A DNA stretch of 53,022 bases from a virus. Its lineage: Duplodnaviria; Caudoviricetes. The stretch covers positions 1-53,022 of the IMG/VR virus record IMGVR_UViG_3300026551_000003; one strand, 5' to 3'. Positions 35,880 to 44,511 of the stretch are shown here, one piece after another. The notes under the pieces were generated by a model. That model was not told the DNA's origin. It did no database searches and saw only the letters and a list, made by a program, of their open reading frames with translations. A program made the position numbers and the translations under genes. Every line of letters begins with the position of its first letter. Position 1 is the stretch's first letter.

Positions 35880-36020
35880 CTACTTCCTTTCTAGGAGTGC
35901 AACGAGTTGGCTTCTGCCTATTTCGTTGAAGTGGTCCTTCAGCACGTCGACAATGTCTTCAGCGTTGAGCTGGTTGACTAGCCGTCCTAGTGCCACCTTC
36001 AACACTTCTCTCTCGTCCAT
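35880..36020 (-). CDS. 46-aa hypothetical protein
   Basis: Strong RBS AAAGGAGGT; MDEREVLKVALGRLVNQL... Confidence 0.6.
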   Translation of the reverse strand: MDEREVLKVALGRLVNQLNAEDIVDVLKDHFNEIGRSQLVALLERK

Positions 36021-36039
36021 TGCTACCTCCTTTCCAGAA

Positions 36040-36131
36040 GGGCCTCAAGGGGAAACGGAACGCTCCGAAGAGTCGCACTATACCGGCTTGCCAGGCCGAT
36101 CCGCTACCTTTCACACTGTCCCTTGAGGCCC
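36040..36131. other. Long intergenic hairpin related to elements A and B
   Basis: GGGCCTCAAGGG (36040-36051) pairs with CCCTTGAGGCCC (36120-36131); shares CCTCAAGG with A and B. Confidence 0.6.
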
Positions 36132-36147
36132 ATCTGCACTGGAGGTG

Positions 36148-36327
36148 CTAGTCGAGCGTGGTGCCACGCTGGAACGTTACTAGACCGTTAACAACGTCGT
36201 TCAGATCGTCAGGGTCGAGCTGCTTCAGCTGGTCAACGATGTACTGAGGCGCCATCGCTTCGTCAGCAGCCTGCTCGAGGCCGGCATCCTCGTCGTCACC
36301 TAGGACGATCTGCTTAACGTACTTCAT
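36148..36327 (-). CDS. 59-aa acidic hypothetical protein
   Basis: RBS AAGGAG; MKYVKQIVLGDDEDAGLEQ... Confidence 0.6.
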   Translation of the reverse strand: MKYVKQIVLGDDEDAGLEQAADEAMAPQYIVDQLKQLDPDDLNDVVNGLVTFQRGTTLD

Positions 36328-36538
36328 GTTTCTCCTTCGTAATGTTGAGGACGATTACTTCGCCGTCCTCGTCTGCGTGGAGCGTGATTCGGTCCACGAC
36401 GTATGTTATCCCGTCGAGTTCAACTCGGACGAGAATGTTCTCCGGAGGCATACCTTGCGGCCATGCCTCGTCGAGGTCGCTCACGACGCTTAGTAGCGTT
36501 CCCTCTCGCCTTACCGCTCGCTCTTCGGTAGTCGTCAT
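36314..36538 (-). CDS. Hypothetical protein
   Basis: RBS GAGGAG; ATGA coupling. Confidence 0.65.
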   Translation of the reverse strand: MTTTEERAVRREGTLLSVVSDLDEAWPQGMPPENILVRVELDGITYVVDRITLHADEDGEVIVLNITKEKHEVR

Positions 36539-36771
36539 CGCTCCTCCTCAGCGAACATCGAGTCCCAGCAGGGTCCGTGCGTGCCTGTCATGATCTGCTC
36601 TCGACCAGCCGAGTCGACGCTCTTCAGCGCGTCCTGTATGAACGGCCGCGCTGGAGACTGGTACGCCTCCCACTCAGCCTCCGGAACGACTACCTCGCCC
36701 GTCTTGTTGCACACTATGCAGCGCGGTGTGTGTACGGTAATCGTTCCGTTACCATTGTACATGACTATCAT
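36535..36771 (-). CDS. Zinc-binding hypothetical protein
   Basis: CIVC...IQDAL...REQIMTGTHGPCWD. Confidence 0.65.
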   Translation of the reverse strand: MIVMYNGNGTITVHTPRCIVCNKTGEVVVPEAEWEAYQSPARPFIQDALKSVDSAGREQIMTGTHGPCWDSMFAEEER

Positions 36772-36772
36772 G

Positions 36773-36928
36773 TCACACTCCTAGCCAGTTTCGTACGATC
36801 TGACGTACTCGCTGTTTCAGATCCAGCTCCCTTGGCCGAGGCATCGCAGAAAGCTGGTACGTCTCGAACGTCTGCCTAATCTCGTCCATTAGCTGGTCGG
36901 TCACGTGGTTGGCGTCGTCGCTGTTCAT
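36773..36928 (-). CDS. 51-aa hypothetical protein
   Basis: ATGA coupling; MNSDDANHVTDQLMDEIRQ... Confidence 0.5.
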   Translation of the reverse strand: MNSDDANHVTDQLMDEIRQTFETYQLSAMPRPRELDLKQRVRQIVRNWLGV

Positions 36929-37101
36929 GCTCCCGCATCCCAGGTGAGAATGCGATCCATCTCACCAATCATGTGCGCCAACCACTCGTCTTCAGGGTCG
37001 ACTTTCGCAGTTCCGCCATTGTCCTCGATGAGAACGGTTCTGACTTCGTTCGCGGCCTCGAATAGTGCCTTCCAGGCCGCGTCACGTCTCGCTTGCTCCA
37101 T
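36925..37101 (-). CDS. 58-aa hypothetical protein
   Basis: RBS AGGAG; MEQARRDAAWKALFEAANE... Confidence 0.55.
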   Translation of the reverse strand: MEQARRDAAWKALFEAANEVRTVLIEDNGGTAKVDPEDEWLAHMIGEMDRILTWDAGA

Positions 37102-37108
37102 GCTGCTC

Positions 37109-37255
37109 CTAGTTCATCGACGAGTAGGCACCGTAGATGACCGCGAGCGTGCTTTTCGGGTGGTCCTCCCACAGGGGGAACTCGTTCATGACTTCCACAG
37201 GGCGAGTGGTTGTCGACTTCATGATAATTGCCATTATGGCTGTCGCTTCGGACAT
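37109..37255 (-). CDS. 48-aa hypothetical protein
   Basis: RBS AAGGAG; first gene after the promoter at 37294-37322. Confidence 0.5.
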   Translation of the reverse strand: MSEATAIMAIIMKSTTTRPVEVMNEFPLWEDHPKSTLAVIYGAYSSMN

Positions 37256-37293
37256 TACGCTCCTTCTCGACGCTTGATTTTGGCTTTCAATTA

Positions 37294-37322
37294 ATTGTAC
37301 TTGGTTTTTTGAGGTTTTTCAA
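37294..37322 (-). promoter_or_regulatory. Sigma70-type promoter
   Basis: TTGAAA-17 nt-TACAAT on the minus strand. Confidence 0.65.
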
Positions 37323-37582
37323 GTCCTTCTTTTGGTCACTTGATCCAGAAGGCCTTGGGCTAGCCTCTCTAGGTCTACGTTCGTGTCTACTCCAACTTCC
37401 CTAGCGCTAGCGGCGCGTGTCTCGTGTACTTGGTGAAATAGGTACTGCTCTGCGCCGTTGTTGTCGAGTATAGGAGACCCTTGTGGACCCTGAACCTTGA
37501 TGCAGTAGTGCCACTTCTCTTGCAGACACCAGTCGCAGGCAACAGCCTGTCGAATGTAGTCTTCACGCGTCTTACGAAACAT
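37319..37582 (-). CDS. Zinc-finger-like hypothetical protein
   Basis: VACDWC...C...VHETR. Confidence 0.6.
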   Translation of the reverse strand: MFRKTREDYIRQAVACDWCLQEKWHYCIKVQGPQGSPILDNNGAEQYLFHQVHETRAASAREVGVDTNVDLERLAQGLLDQVTKRRT

Positions 37583-37850
37583 TGCGATCAGGTAGGTCGA
37601 GGTCGTCCTCCAGGTAGAAGGTGAACATCAGCCCTTGTCCGTGGCCGACTATCTCCGTAGATACGCGTCCGCTATGCCTTCTCGCTGCCTTGTTAACCTG
37701 GATGCGAAAGTTCTCGGTCGAGATGTCGTAATGCTGGCCCCTGGTGACTCTGATGGTCTGTCCGTGCTTGAACCACTCATTCCACGGATACTTTGCCGGT
37801 CGGCCCGGTCCACGCGGCGGAAGAGCGTGTTCTTCCGACATAATCGTCAT
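37572..37850 (-). CDS. Putative DNA-binding protein with AT-hook-like motif
   Basis: PRGPGRPAKYPW; RBS GGGAG. Confidence 0.6.
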   Translation of the reverse strand: MTIMSEEHALPPRGPGRPAKYPWNEWFKHGQTIRVTRGQHYDISTENFRIQVNKAARRHSGRVSTEIVGHGQGLMFTFYLEDDLDLPDRNVS

Positions 37851-37957
37851 TGTTCTCCCTCTTTTGGGCTTTGAGGCTCTCGTGTTACCCGAGAACGTCT
37901 CCTGCCGTTTTTGCGCGATTGGGTCAACACTGCAAGATAGTGAACAATCTTACATTA

Positions 37958-37990
37958 ATTATATCGGGTTTCTCTTAGGAACTCACGATC
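37958..37990 (-). promoter_or_regulatory. Promoter (-10 TATAAT in CCCGATATAAT context)
   Basis: Same CCCGATATAAT core as the plus-strand promoter at 46826-46858. Confidence 0.6.
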
Positions 37991-38270
37991 CAAGTAATAC
38001 ACGTGCCTCAAATGGAGCCTTGCAGTAAAGGTCAAAACGACTGTTCCTTTCGCGCACGAAAGAAGGTTCTAGCGCCAAAAGAAGAACCCAAAGGTAGATC
38101 GATGGTTGGTCCATAGTTCGATCACTGCTCGCCAAATTACTATGCTATTATAAAATATACCGTATATATTACTTGTATGAGACCAATTCCTTCGAATTTC
38201 CACTCCCGATAATATAAGAGACGGACTCAAAACAGTGAAGATTGTTTTTAATCCGCTAAGGTTCCAGATG

Positions 38271-38564
38271 TTAACCTGGGTTCCTTGAGGTTGTAGTTTT
38301 ACTCGAATAATACGTCTTCGGCTCGCAATTCCCGCCGAGATTCAGCGTCCCTTTCCACGTCTCGGGCTTGGTCGGCGTCGAATTGTAGACACTTTCAGGG
38401 GAATACGCGGCCCTCACGAAGTTTGACGTTTGAGTTGACACGCGCAGCATACGCTTTGAGGACATACGCGTAACACGCGGTTGCCTTCTCCTCGTTGGCG
38501 AATCCGTCTTCTTGATGTCGCGCTCCGCCTTTGCGAGGTACTCTTCCCACGACTTAGGTAGCAT
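38271..38564 (-). CDS. Basic hypothetical protein
   Basis: TAATG coupling with the upstream 44-aa ORF. Confidence 0.55.
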   Translation of the reverse strand: MLPKSWEEYLAKAERDIKKTDSPTRRRQPRVTRMSSKRMLRVSTQTSNFVRAAYSPESVYNSTPTKPETWKGTLNLGGNCEPKTYYSSKTTTSRNPG

Positions 38565-38698
38565 TAGCATCCGTCCATGTACCAGCCAGTGGGGAGCTGT
38601 GCCGCGAGGTCCGCGATTTGCTCTTCGGTCAGCTCCATCGGGTCGCCTTCCTTCTGGTCCGCGTCATTAAAGACCTGGACGAGGGTCGTGTTCTTCAT
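38564..38698 (-). CDS. 44-aa hypothetical protein
   Basis: RBS AGGAGG; MKNTTLVQVFNDADQKEGD... Confidence 0.55.
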   Translation of the reverse strand: MKNTTLVQVFNDADQKEGDPMELTEEQIADLAAQLPTGWYMDGC

Positions 38699-38706
38699 CG
38701 TTCCTC

Positions 38707-38778
38707 CTAGTGGCCGTGCTTAGGGCACGTACGGTCGTGGGGCTGAGTACCCTGGGGGTATGTCTTGCACTGGCACAT
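38707..38778 (-). CDS. 23-aa Cys/His micro-peptide
   Basis: MCQCKTYPQGTQPHDRTCPKHGH; RBS GAGG; stop abuts the next RBS. Confidence 0.45.
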   Translation of the reverse strand: MCQCKTYPQGTQPHDRTCPKHGH

Positions 38779-38805
38779 GACGCCTCTTTTCCTAGCTGGT
38801 CAATC

Positions 38806-38831
38806 GGGGGCTCTCAAGCGAGAGAGCCCCC
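38806..38831 (-). terminator. GC hairpin
   Basis: GGGGGCTCTC...GAGAGCCCCC after the stop at 38841. Confidence 0.55.
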
Positions 38832-38840
38832 TGTTGAGAT

Positions 38841-39092
38841 CTAGGCGTGGCAGTGCGTCGACGTAGTCGTCGTGGTCTTGACTGCCGGATACGCGACGTA
38901 TCGGCCAGCGGCCTTCGAGTAGTGGAACCACGAACGGGTCACCTGGTGCTCGTAGTAGCACTTCGCCGAAATCAGGGTCTCGACACGCGAAGTCGTCGAA
39001 AGCGTGGCCGTCGAGGCCTGGGCTGCTATGGCGCCTCCGGCTCCGAAAGCGAGACTGCACGCAACGAGACCGGCAGTAACGAGCTTGCGCAT
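38841..39092 (-). CDS. Small secreted protein (83 aa)
   Basis: RBS AGGAGG; MRKLVTAGLVACSLAFGAGGAIAAQA signal peptide; two Cys in the mature part. Confidence 0.7.
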   Translation of the reverse strand: MRKLVTAGLVACSLAFGAGGAIAAQASTATLSTTSRVETLISAKCYYEHQVTRSWFHYSKAAGRYVAYPAVKTTTTTSTHCHA

Positions 39093-39160
39093 AGGTCCTC
39101 CTATGTCGTAACGAACGTAGACACGGTCGTATCTACGCACGTATGTACACAGGCCCTTAC

Positions 39161-39184
39161 GGGGGGCTCCCGTAGGAGCCCCCC
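39161..39184 (-). terminator. GC hairpin
   Basis: GGGGGCTCC-cgta-GGAGCCCCC after the stop at 39193. Confidence 0.55.
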
Positions 39185-39192
39185 TCTCGGGT

Positions 39193-39480
39193 CTAGCTGT
39201 ACTGCTCGGCGAGCTTGTCGTAGTCCGTACCCGAACCGGTCTGACCGTTCTGGACCTTGCTGACGTACGAGTCCAGCCAGGTCTTGAAGGCGTCTCCGTC
39301 GAACAGGACCTTCTGGCCGTCCTTGCGCGTGTCGTAGTTGCTGGCGACCGTACCCTTACGGGCGTACGAGTACAGCATCTGCGGACGGACCTCCAGGTCC
39401 TCGATGCCATTCGCCTTCAGGACCCTGTTGGTGACCTGGGCTGCAGCGAATGGGGTGATGTCGGCATACTTCTCGGACAT
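39193..39480 (-). CDS. HTH-like DNA-binding protein
   Basis: ITP...VRPQMLYSYARKG; RBS AAGGAGG. Confidence 0.7.
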   Translation of the reverse strand: MSEKYADITPFAAAQVTNRVLKANGIEDLEVRPQMLYSYARKGTVASNYDTRKDGQKVLFDGDAFKTWLDSYVSKVQNGQTGSGTDYDKLAEQYS

Positions 39481-39550
39481 GATGTCCTCCTTCGTATTAC
39501 GGTACCTATCTGGTACTAGATAGTACTCTCATCGAAAGTACTATCTACTC

Positions 39551-39775
39551 TCAGCAGCTACAAGATCCGTTGACTGATCTATACTCGTTACAGTCCGGAC
39601 AGAGATTCTTCTTCGAGAGATTGTAACGTCCGGAGAACTTCCGATCTGCTTCTACATCAGCTGCTGCTGAGTTGAAGAACTTTCGATCTGAACGTAGATG
39701 TACGAGATGTTGAGTATTGTTGTTATGATGAGTTGTTGAGTATTGATTACGTACTGAATCTTGAATTGTTCTCAT
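39551..39775 (-). CDS. Hypothetical protein with C-terminal zinc ribbon
   Basis: LCPDC...NGSCSC; first gene of the minus-strand arm. Confidence 0.55.
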   Translation of the reverse strand: MRTIQDSVRNQYSTTHHNNNTQHLVHLRSDRKFFNSAAADVEADRKFSGRYNLSKKNLCPDCNEYRSVNGSCSC

Positions 39776-39828
39776 CTCTTTTCTGAAGTTGTTGTTTGTT
39801 GTTGTTGTTGTTTTTTGCTTATAACTAT

Positions 39829-39857
39829 ATTATAGTATGGAACAAATCAGAACACAC
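39829..39857 (-). promoter_or_regulatory. Leftward early promoter with CAA-rich leader
   Basis: TATAAT at 39829-39834 (minus strand) followed by an A/CAA-repeat leader at about 39788-39820. Confidence 0.6.
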
Positions 39858-39958
39858 TACCCGTAGGGCTTACTGTAGGAAGGCATGAAACTCGAGTGTT
39901 ACCATGATATCGTATCAATCCATTACCGTGTTAACCAAGCCTCGTGTGAGCTCCGGTT

Positions 39959-39991
39959 GTTTCCTGATATAATAGAAAGCAGTCCTAGGAG
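39959..39991 (+). promoter_or_regulatory. Promoter plus RBS module, copy 1 (terminase operon)
   Basis: GTTTCCTGATATAATAGAAAGCAGTCCTAGGAG; 30/33 identical to 46826-46858. Confidence 0.8.
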
Positions 39992-39997
39992 GCCTAG

Positions 39998-40264
39998 ATG
40001 GGTATAAACAAGGAACTAGAGGACATATACGCTGGCGAGGAGAACCCTCGTGAGCGTGCGACGCGTGTATTCGAGGAGAACGCACCGTTTGCCGCGGCGG
40101 CAATTATCGATCTGGTCCACAACGCCGCGAACGACAACACAAAGCTCCGGGCGGCGCAGTACGTCGTGGATCGGGTGCTTGGACCTGTCGGCAAGGAAGA
40201 GCAGACTGATGCGCTCGACGAGTTCCTCAAGGGGATTGAGAAGCTGGCTAACGGCTCCAGGTAA
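39998..40264 (+). CDS. terS: Putative terminase small subunit
   Basis: Small helical protein (KLRAAQYVVDRVLGP) directly upstream of terL. Confidence 0.65.
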   Translation: MGINKELEDIYAGEENPRERATRVFEENAPFAAAAIIDLVHNAANDNTKLRAAQYVVDRVLGPVGKEEQTDALDEFLKGIEKLANGSR

Positions 40265-40306
40265 TTCGCCTGCCAATCTCGGGCCTGTGGATCTTAAGAG
40301 GAGAAG

Positions 40307-41782
40307 ATGGACCGGTTGACAGAGGCGTTCTGGCAAAGGGTCGGCTATAAGCCGCATCCGAGTCAGCTTCTGTACCACGAATCTCGAGCTAGATTTAGAG
40401 TTCCGTGCTGTGGACGTCGATTTGGGAAAAGCACGATGGCTGCACGGGATGTGTCCCCTAAGCACCTTCTGCGTCCTAACCAGATGGTCTGGATTGTCGG
40501 TCCGACTTACGACCTGGCAGAGAAGGAGTTCCGGATTATTTGGAACGACCTGATCGTCTCCCAAAAGCTAGGACGGGATAAGCGTGTCAAGCGAGCCTAC
40601 TCCAAGCGATCCGGAGACATGTTCATTCAGTTCCCGTGGGGTACACGAGTTGAATGTCGCTCTGCTGAGCACCCTGAGTACCTCGTTGGGGAAGCGCTTG
40701 ACCATGTCATCATGTCTGAAGCCGCCAAGCACAAGCGTGAAACCTGGGAAAGGTATATACGGCCTGCACTCGCTGACCGAAGAGGAGGAGCCGACTTTCC
40801 CACAACGCCGGAGGGGTTTAACTGGCTACACGACCTCTGGCAATTGTCAAGACGGGATAAGTACAAGGGCATTTTTGAGTCCTGGCGCTTCCCCTCCTGG
40901 AGCAACCCGGTAGTGTACCCTGGGGGTCGAAACGACCCAGAGATCGCCCTCCTAGAGGACACAACGGAGCCGGAGTGGTTCCTGCAGGAAATTGGTGCGG
41001 ACTTTGCCTCGTTCGTAGGCAAGATTTTTCCCTCGTGGGACGAAACCTCCGGCGTTATGACGGAGGACTATAAGTTCATTCCTGGTTGGCCGAACTTCAT
41101 GGCGATCGACTGGGGCTACACGAACCCGCTAGCCGCCGTCGAGTTCCAAATCAGCCCACAGGACGAGATTTTTGTCTGGCGTGAGTACTACAAGAAGTAC
41201 AAGACTCTGCCCAGTGTCGCCTCCGAGCTTCTCGACCGCCCTAACCCTCCAGGCTACCACCTCGACCTTATCATAGGAGACCCTGCCGACCCTGAGGCTG
41301 CCTCGTCCCTCGGCACGCTGATGAACAAGGGGTGCTGGGCGCCGAAGGAACTGAAAACGGACTACACCTGGCGAGATGGCATCGACCTGATGTCAGAGTT
41401 CATGCATCCCATTCAGATTAGCGAGGACAAGTGGGGTGCTCCGATTGAGGCTCCTCGTTACCACGTCGCCTGGGACTGTAAGAACCACATTCGAGAGCTC
41501 AACAACTACCGCTCCACTGAGCCGGTCAAGGGCCGCAACGTACCAGAGCTTAGTAACAAGGTCGAAGACCACACGATCGACGCTATGCGTTACGCGCTGC
41601 TAGCTACGTTCAAAATGGGAGCTCGCGGTCAGCACCTAACGTCCGACATGGTCAACGCTGCCCCTGTGGAATCTTCTCCACGAGAGAGGGCCGCGCGCAG
41701 GACGCTGCAGAATGACTTTGCAGATATGATGGCTGGGACCTCGGGGTCCTCAGGCTTTTTCCAGATGGGAGGCGAGTTTTGA
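40307..41782 (+). CDS. terL: Terminase large subunit
   Basis: CGRRFGKS Walker A, VIMSEAA Walker B variant, TTPEGFNW, IDWGY and DHTIDAMRY. Confidence 0.95.
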   Translation: MDRLTEAFWQRVGYKPHPSQLLYHESRARFRVPCCGRRFGKSTMAARDVSPKHLLRPNQMVWIVGPTYDLAEKEFRIIWNDLIVSQKLGRDKRVKRAYSKRSGDMFIQFPWGTRVECRSAEHPEYLVGEALDHVIMSEAAKHKRETWERYIRPALADRRGGADFPTTPEGFNWLHDLWQLSRRDKYKGIFESWRFPSWSNPVVYPGGRNDPEIALLEDTTEPEWFLQEIGADFASFVGKIFPSWDETSGVMTEDYKFIPGWPNFMAIDWGYTNPLAAVEFQISPQDEIFVWREYYKKYKTLPSVASELLDRPNPPGYHLDLIIGDPADPEAASSLGTLMNKGCWAPKELKTDYTWRDGIDLMSEFMHPIQISEDKWGAPIEAPRYHVAWDCKNHIRELNNYRSTEPVKGRNVPELSNKVEDHTIDAMRYALLATFKMGARGQHLTSDMVNAAPVESSPRERAARRTLQNDFADMMAGTSGSSGFFQMGGEF

Positions 41783-41904
41783 CCTTCGTAATTTGGCTGA
41801 TAGTGGGTGGCTGGGTCATTTTTGTGACCACTCTTTGGGTTGCCTTCACTCTGCTGTATTGGGCTGTAGTCGCTGTTGCTGCCATTATAAGGGGACTTAG
41901 GTGA
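41779..41904 (+). CDS. 41-aa hydrophobic membrane peptide
   Basis: MTFVIWLIVGGWVIFVTTLWVAFTLLYWAVVAVAAIIRGLR; TTGA and GTGA overlaps with terL and portal. Confidence 0.6.
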   Translation: MTFVIWLIVGGWVIFVTTLWVAFTLLYWAVVAVAAIIRGLR

Positions 41905-43766
41905 ACCTTGAAGACCTGCCTCGTGTCGATCTCGACGAGATGCTCGCTTCGGGGTACGCTCCTGTTGCTGTTGGTCAGGAGCCTGGCAATCAGTACATTG
42001 TTATTGCTCCTGAGGGCGCAGAGTTGCCGTTCCAGACCGAGGCACCCAAGACCACGATGTCAGTAGAAGAGCATTCGCAGATGCTCCACGAACGTACGTT
42101 CGCAGCGCCGCTGCGAACGAGGGTACAGGGAATTGCTGAACGTGGTCGTCCTGGACAACAGATTCGTAACGTACCTGTCGACCCGACGCCTGGCACGCAG
42201 GTTGGTATTGGGCGCAACACTGGCGAGATTCGTGTTCAGCGCCGAGTAGACATTGCGACTGGACAAGGAGTGGGTCCCGATGGTCCTGTTGATGCTCTGA
42301 ACTCTGAGCTTGGTAGCTCTTCTCCCAGTCCATTTACCTCCTGGATGCGTCAGGAGTACAATAGCGACCTGATGGGACAGAAAGGCCTACGCATCTACGA
42401 TAAGATGCGAAAGAGTGATGGTACTGTTCGGGGAACGCTAAGGCTGGGGAAGACGCCTGTACTAGCTGGGCAGTGGTCGATGAAGCCAGCTAGCTCCAAC
42501 TCTCGTGACCAGAAGATTGCGAACTTCTGTTGGAAGAACATGACGGAGTGGATGACAACTAGTTGGCCACAGACACTTACTGAGTCGCTGTTGATGCTCG
42601 ACTTCGGGTACTACATGTTCGAAGAGGTCTTCGAGCCTGGCGAGATGGTGACTAACGACCCTGATGCTCGTGGCAAGATTTGCTGGAAGAAGTGGGCGCC
42701 TCGTCACCCGATGGATGTCAGGGAGTGGTTCTTCGACCTCAACGGAGGCCCTCTATCGGTGGACATATGGTCTTCGCCGACCTATGTTCCGACGCTTGAA
42801 GGGGGAACTGTCCTAGGCAGCTTCCTTCAGTACACTAACATTCCGATTTCGAAGTTGCTAGTCTTCTCGTTCGATAAGGAAGCTGGGAACATTGAGGGAA
42901 TCAGCCTTCTCCGTTCGGCTTACAAGCACTGGTACTACAAAGACAACCTGTACAAGATTGACGCGATCCAGAAAGAGCGGCACGGTATCGGTGTACCTGT
43001 CATTACGCTTCCTCAAGGGTACAACGCCGACGACTTGCAGTTGGCAGACGCTCTCGGCAGGAACTTGCGCACTAACGATCGGGCACACGTAGTACTACCT
43101 CCGAATTGGACACTTACCTTCGCTGAGCTCCGTGGGCAGCCTGTCAACTGTATTCAGTCGATAGAGCACCACGATCAGCAGATTGAGAAGCAGATCCTAG
43201 GTAATTTCCTCTCCAAGAACATCAAGACTGATGAGCAAGACCATACGCTGTTTCTGAAGGCGACACGGTTTACGGCTGACATTGTTACCGACGTGATCAA
43301 CTGCTATGGCGTGCCGCAGCTTGTCAATATGAACTGGGCAGGCGCTCGGTATCCGAAGCTGATAGTCAAACGAATTGGTGAGCAGGAGGATTGGCGTACA
43401 GCCTCGTTCACGATTCGTAACTACGTCGGTGCAGGCGTTATTGTTCCTGACCAGCCGCTCGAGGATCACCTTCGTGACGAGATGGGTCTGCCTCCCTCCG
43501 ACCCAGCGACCTCTCGTCTTGTGCATGAGGCCTTCAACAAGCAGATTACGCAGCCTCCGCCTCCTGAGCTTCCTGGTACACCCGAGGACATGATAGCTGC
43601 ACTCAAGTCGGGTGACGTTACGATCGAGCAGCTGCAGCAGATGCAGAACGCTCCTCAGCAGCAGGGTGCGAAGGCAGGAATGCCTAGGCAAGGACCTCCC
43701 AGTGCTACTCCGCCTTCGACTGGACAGGGTGACAACTCAGGTACCTCTGGGCGGCGTGGTCAGTGA
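41901..43766 (+). CDS. Portal protein (DUF935 / Mu gp29-like)
   Basis: Follows terL; YDKM..D..V, GY--FE-V, G-SLLRSAYKHW--K and ERHG-GVP motifs; low-complexity termini. Confidence 0.9.
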   Translation: MNLEDLPRVDLDEMLASGYAPVAVGQEPGNQYIVIAPEGAELPFQTEAPKTTMSVEEHSQMLHERTFAAPLRTRVQGIAERGRPGQQIRNVPVDPTPGTQVGIGRNTGEIRVQRRVDIATGQGVGPDGPVDALNSELGSSSPSPFTSWMRQEYNSDLMGQKGLRIYDKMRKSDGTVRGTLRLGKTPVLAGQWSMKPASSNSRDQKIANFCWKNMTEWMTTSWPQTLTESLLMLDFGYYMFEEVFEPGEMVTNDPDARGKICWKKWAPRHPMDVREWFFDLNGGPLSVDIWSSPTYVPTLEGGTVLGSFLQYTNIPISKLLVFSFDKEAGNIEGISLLRSAYKHWYYKDNLYKIDAIQKERHGIGVPVITLPQGYNADDLQLADALGRNLRTNDRAHVVLPPNWTLTFAELRGQPVNCIQSIEHHDQQIEKQILGNFLSKNIKTDEQDHTLFLKATRFTADIVTDVINCYGVPQLVNMNWAGARYPKLIVKRIGEQEDWRTASFTIRNYVGAGVIVPDQPLEDHLRDEMGLPPSDPATSRLVHEAFNKQITQPPPPELPGTPEDMIAALKSGDVTIEQLQQMQNAPQQQGAKAGMPRQGPPSATPPSTGQGDNSGTSGRRGQ

Positions 43767-44503
43767 CATTCACTCTACGTGGCAACGGAACCATAGCCAA
43801 TGGTACTGTTAGTCCACTAACTATTACCATTAACGCTGGTGGTACAGCATCGGGCAATCTGTGCGTAGTCTGGCTATCTATGCCAGGATACACAGCGGCT
43901 CCGACGTTTACCTTCCCTGCGAACTGGGTTCAGGGACCTATTGACGCGAACGGCGCCGGTGCCTGCGCGCAGATCTGGTACCTGGAAGGGCCAAACAACC
44001 CTGGTGGCATTACTACCATTTCCGTTTCGTTTACGGGCGGCACCACGAGTACGGGCGCGACGATCGCTTATCTGGGCGGAGAGTTCCCCGGGAACCTGAC
44101 GCCAACAGCGTTCGACGTATCCGGGCACGGGCATGGCACCACCAACCTGACCTACTCCGAGCTCACGTCCGCTGTCACGACCGGAGCAGATGAGCTGGCT
44201 GTCGCTGTCACAGCCGTCTACAACTCTGCCCTCACCACCCAGACTCTTGGTCCTGGAACAGGGTTCACACAACTGGCTGCCCTGAACTCAGGATCTAGCT
44301 CTCGCGTACACGCCGGTATGGATTATCAACTGGACACAGGCGCGTCAGGTCAGACCATCACCGACTCGGAGACCGTTACTGTGAACGCGACCGCGTTTGC
44401 CTGGGCGATCGCTACGTTCAAGGAAGCTGCAGTGGTCGCAGGTGCGACTCCTGCACCGATCGTAAGTCCATCTACTGCTGTTGTGCAAGCAGCAAACTGG
44501 TAA
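43763..44503 (+). CDS. Beta-rich putative virion protein
   Basis: Thr/Gly/Ala-rich; GTGA-coupled to the portal gene. Confidence 0.6.
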   Translation: MTFTLRGNGTIANGTVSPLTITINAGGTASGNLCVVWLSMPGYTAAPTFTFPANWVQGPIDANGAGACAQIWYLEGPNNPGGITTISVSFTGGTTSTGATIAYLGGEFPGNLTPTAFDVSGHGHGTTNLTYSELTSAVTTGADELAVAVTAVYNSALTTQTLGPGTGFTQLAALNSGSSSRVHAGMDYQLDTGASGQTITDSETVTVNATAFAWAIATFKEAAVVAGATPAPIVSPSTAVVQAANW

Positions 44504-44511
44504 GGAGAAAC

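Noticed and set aside
11600-39775. Integrase, repressor, reverse transcriptase or diversity-generating retroelement
   Set aside because: No tyrosine or serine recombinase or RT motifs were seen, and no adenine-variable repeat pair was noticed.
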